From IMG/VR virus record IMGVR_UViG_3300008954_000237, positions 1 to 26,424 of that record: DNA of 26,424 nucleotides. One strand, 5' to 3'. This DNA is from a virus. Its lineage: Duplodnaviria; Caudoviricetes. The notes under the pieces were generated by a model. The model saw only the letters and a list, made by a program, of their open reading frames with translations. It was not told the DNA's origin and ran no database searches. Below, one piece after another: positions 25,496 through 26,424 of the stretch (position 1 is its first letter; every line of letters starts with the position of its first letter). The translations under genes were made by a program, and so were the position numbers.

Positions 25496-26035
25496 ATGAA
25501 AAATCATTTGATGGTAGATCTCGAGTCGCTTAGTACTCGACCTGATGCAGTTTTATTAACTTTTGGAGCAATGCGATTTCGTCCAACAGACAATGATGTA
25601 GGCAAAGATGCATTTGAAATGGAGCATTTTTACAGACGTATTGATCCAGAGTCTTGCACAAAACTAGGCTTACAAATAGATGAACCTACTATGGAATGGT
25701 GGGCCAAACAAGATGACGAGGTAAAAGAAGAAGCATTTGCGGGAGAGGATAGATGCGATATAGCAGATGTGCTAAAAGACTTTTACATGTTTTGTAAAGG
25801 ATGCGATCAGTTTTGGGCCCATGGTTCTATATTCGATATCATGATTATCGAAACCATAAATAGAATACTACAACGTGGCAATCCTTGGAAGTATTGGCAA
25901 ATACGAGACACAAGAACTTTGTATAGCCTTGTAAACATGCAACTTCCTAAGACTGCTAAACACCACAGTTTGTACGACTGCTATAATCAAATATTAGGAG
26001 TACAGGCTGCATTTGCACAACTTAATTTAACATAA
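25496..26035 (+). CDS. DEDDh 3'-5' exonuclease (Rv2179c/RNase AS-like)
   Basis: HLMVDLESL, TMEWW, WAHGSIFD, RDTRT, HHSLYD. Confidence 0.88.
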   Translation: MKNHLMVDLESLSTRPDAVLLTFGAMRFRPTDNDVGKDAFEMEHFYRRIDPESCTKLGLQIDEPTMEWWAKQDDEVKEEAFAGEDRCDIADVLKDFYMFCKGCDQFWAHGSIFDIMIIETINRILQRGNPWKYWQIRDTRTLYSLVNMQLPKTAKHHSLYDCYNQILGVQAAFAQLNLT

Positions 26036-26054
26036 TAAAATAAAGGAGAAAACT

Positions 26055-26291
26055 ATGGTAAATTGTATGCAAGTAACCGTTCCAGAATGTCTTACAGAAT
26101 GTCCGGAAACATATTGTACTGTTAGAGATTTAAGATTTGCAGTTCGTAATACAGATTATGTAGATTTAGTAGAACAGGCATTAGATGATCATTGGATGAC
26201 CGCGTACGATCATGGTGTAGCAGATACACTAGATGATATTAAAGACGGTGTGAAAGATTTTACAATATTATCTTATAAAGGCAATATATGA
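26055..26291 (+). CDS. Hypothetical protein
   Basis: SD AAGGAG; 78 aa, Cys-containing N-terminus. Confidence 0.7.
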   Translation: MVNCMQVTVPECLTECPETYCTVRDLRFAVRNTDYVDLVEQALDDHWMTAYDHGVADTLDDIKDGVKDFTILSYKGNI

Positions 26292-26424
26292 GCGACACCA
26301 TAACCTTAGAAAATAGGCAACCAAGAACATACAAATATAATAGCACGAAAGAATACGTTGATAAATTTCCATGTGCATATAGACAATGGAGAGCAGACAG
26401 TCATTGTAATATTATTCATGGTTA
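26288..26424 (+). CDS. queD: QueD-like 6-carboxytetrahydropterin synthase, N-terminal part, runs off the window
   Basis: ATG at 26288; MSDTITLENRQPRTYKYNSTKEYVDKFPCAYRQWRADSHCNIIHG contains the CxxxHG motif of PTPS/QueD; not in the ORF track. Confidence 0.8.
   Translation, partial: MSDTITLENRQPRTYKYNSTKEYVDKFPCAYRQWRADSHCNIIHG

Noticed and set aside
1633-25497. Other short antisense or alternate-frame ORFs in the track (e.g. 3268, 6610, 10225, 10978, 13988, 22559, 24359, 24375)
   Set aside because: Nested in well-supported genes, without SD, promoter or recognisable motifs.
1-26424. Stop-codon reassignment or bacterial chromosome origin
   Set aside because: Genes are full length with TAA, TGA and TAG all used as stops. 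clpX lacks the tig/clpP context and infC lacks thrS/rpmI/rplT; promoters and gene content are phage-like.

Overview
AT-rich, densely coding segment of a large (jumbo, T4-like myovirus-type) bacteriophage genome in the standard genetic code, almost all on the + strand. Left to right: the C-terminal part of a miniaturised DnaE-like polymerase, primase and DnaB-type helicase; a block of small probable head/virion proteins behind TAAATA late-type promoters; a PD-(D/E)XK nuclease, class II (B12-dependent) ribonucleotide reductase and glutaredoxin; PAAR-like and Ig/CBM-containing virion proteins; a circularly permuted two-piece tmRNA gene; a SleB-type wall hydrolase and a degenerate SNase; a host-takeover cluster (clpX, infC, rpsU, hsp20 with a ROSE-like leader, clpS); an unexplained ~300-nt structured non-coding RNA; a DEDDh exonuclease and the start of queD. 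Most notable: (1) the tmRNA intervening segment is filled almost exactly by an SD-led 28-codon membrane-peptide ORF missed by the ORF track; (2) the phage carries tagging RNA, unfoldase, adaptor, chaperone and two translation-initiation components; (3) three sigma70-promoter genes look leaderless while most late-promoter genes have SD sites, suggesting an IF3/bS21 translational switch; (4) the orphan ncRNA at 24600-24906. All calls come from reading motifs by eye; no database search or folding program was run.
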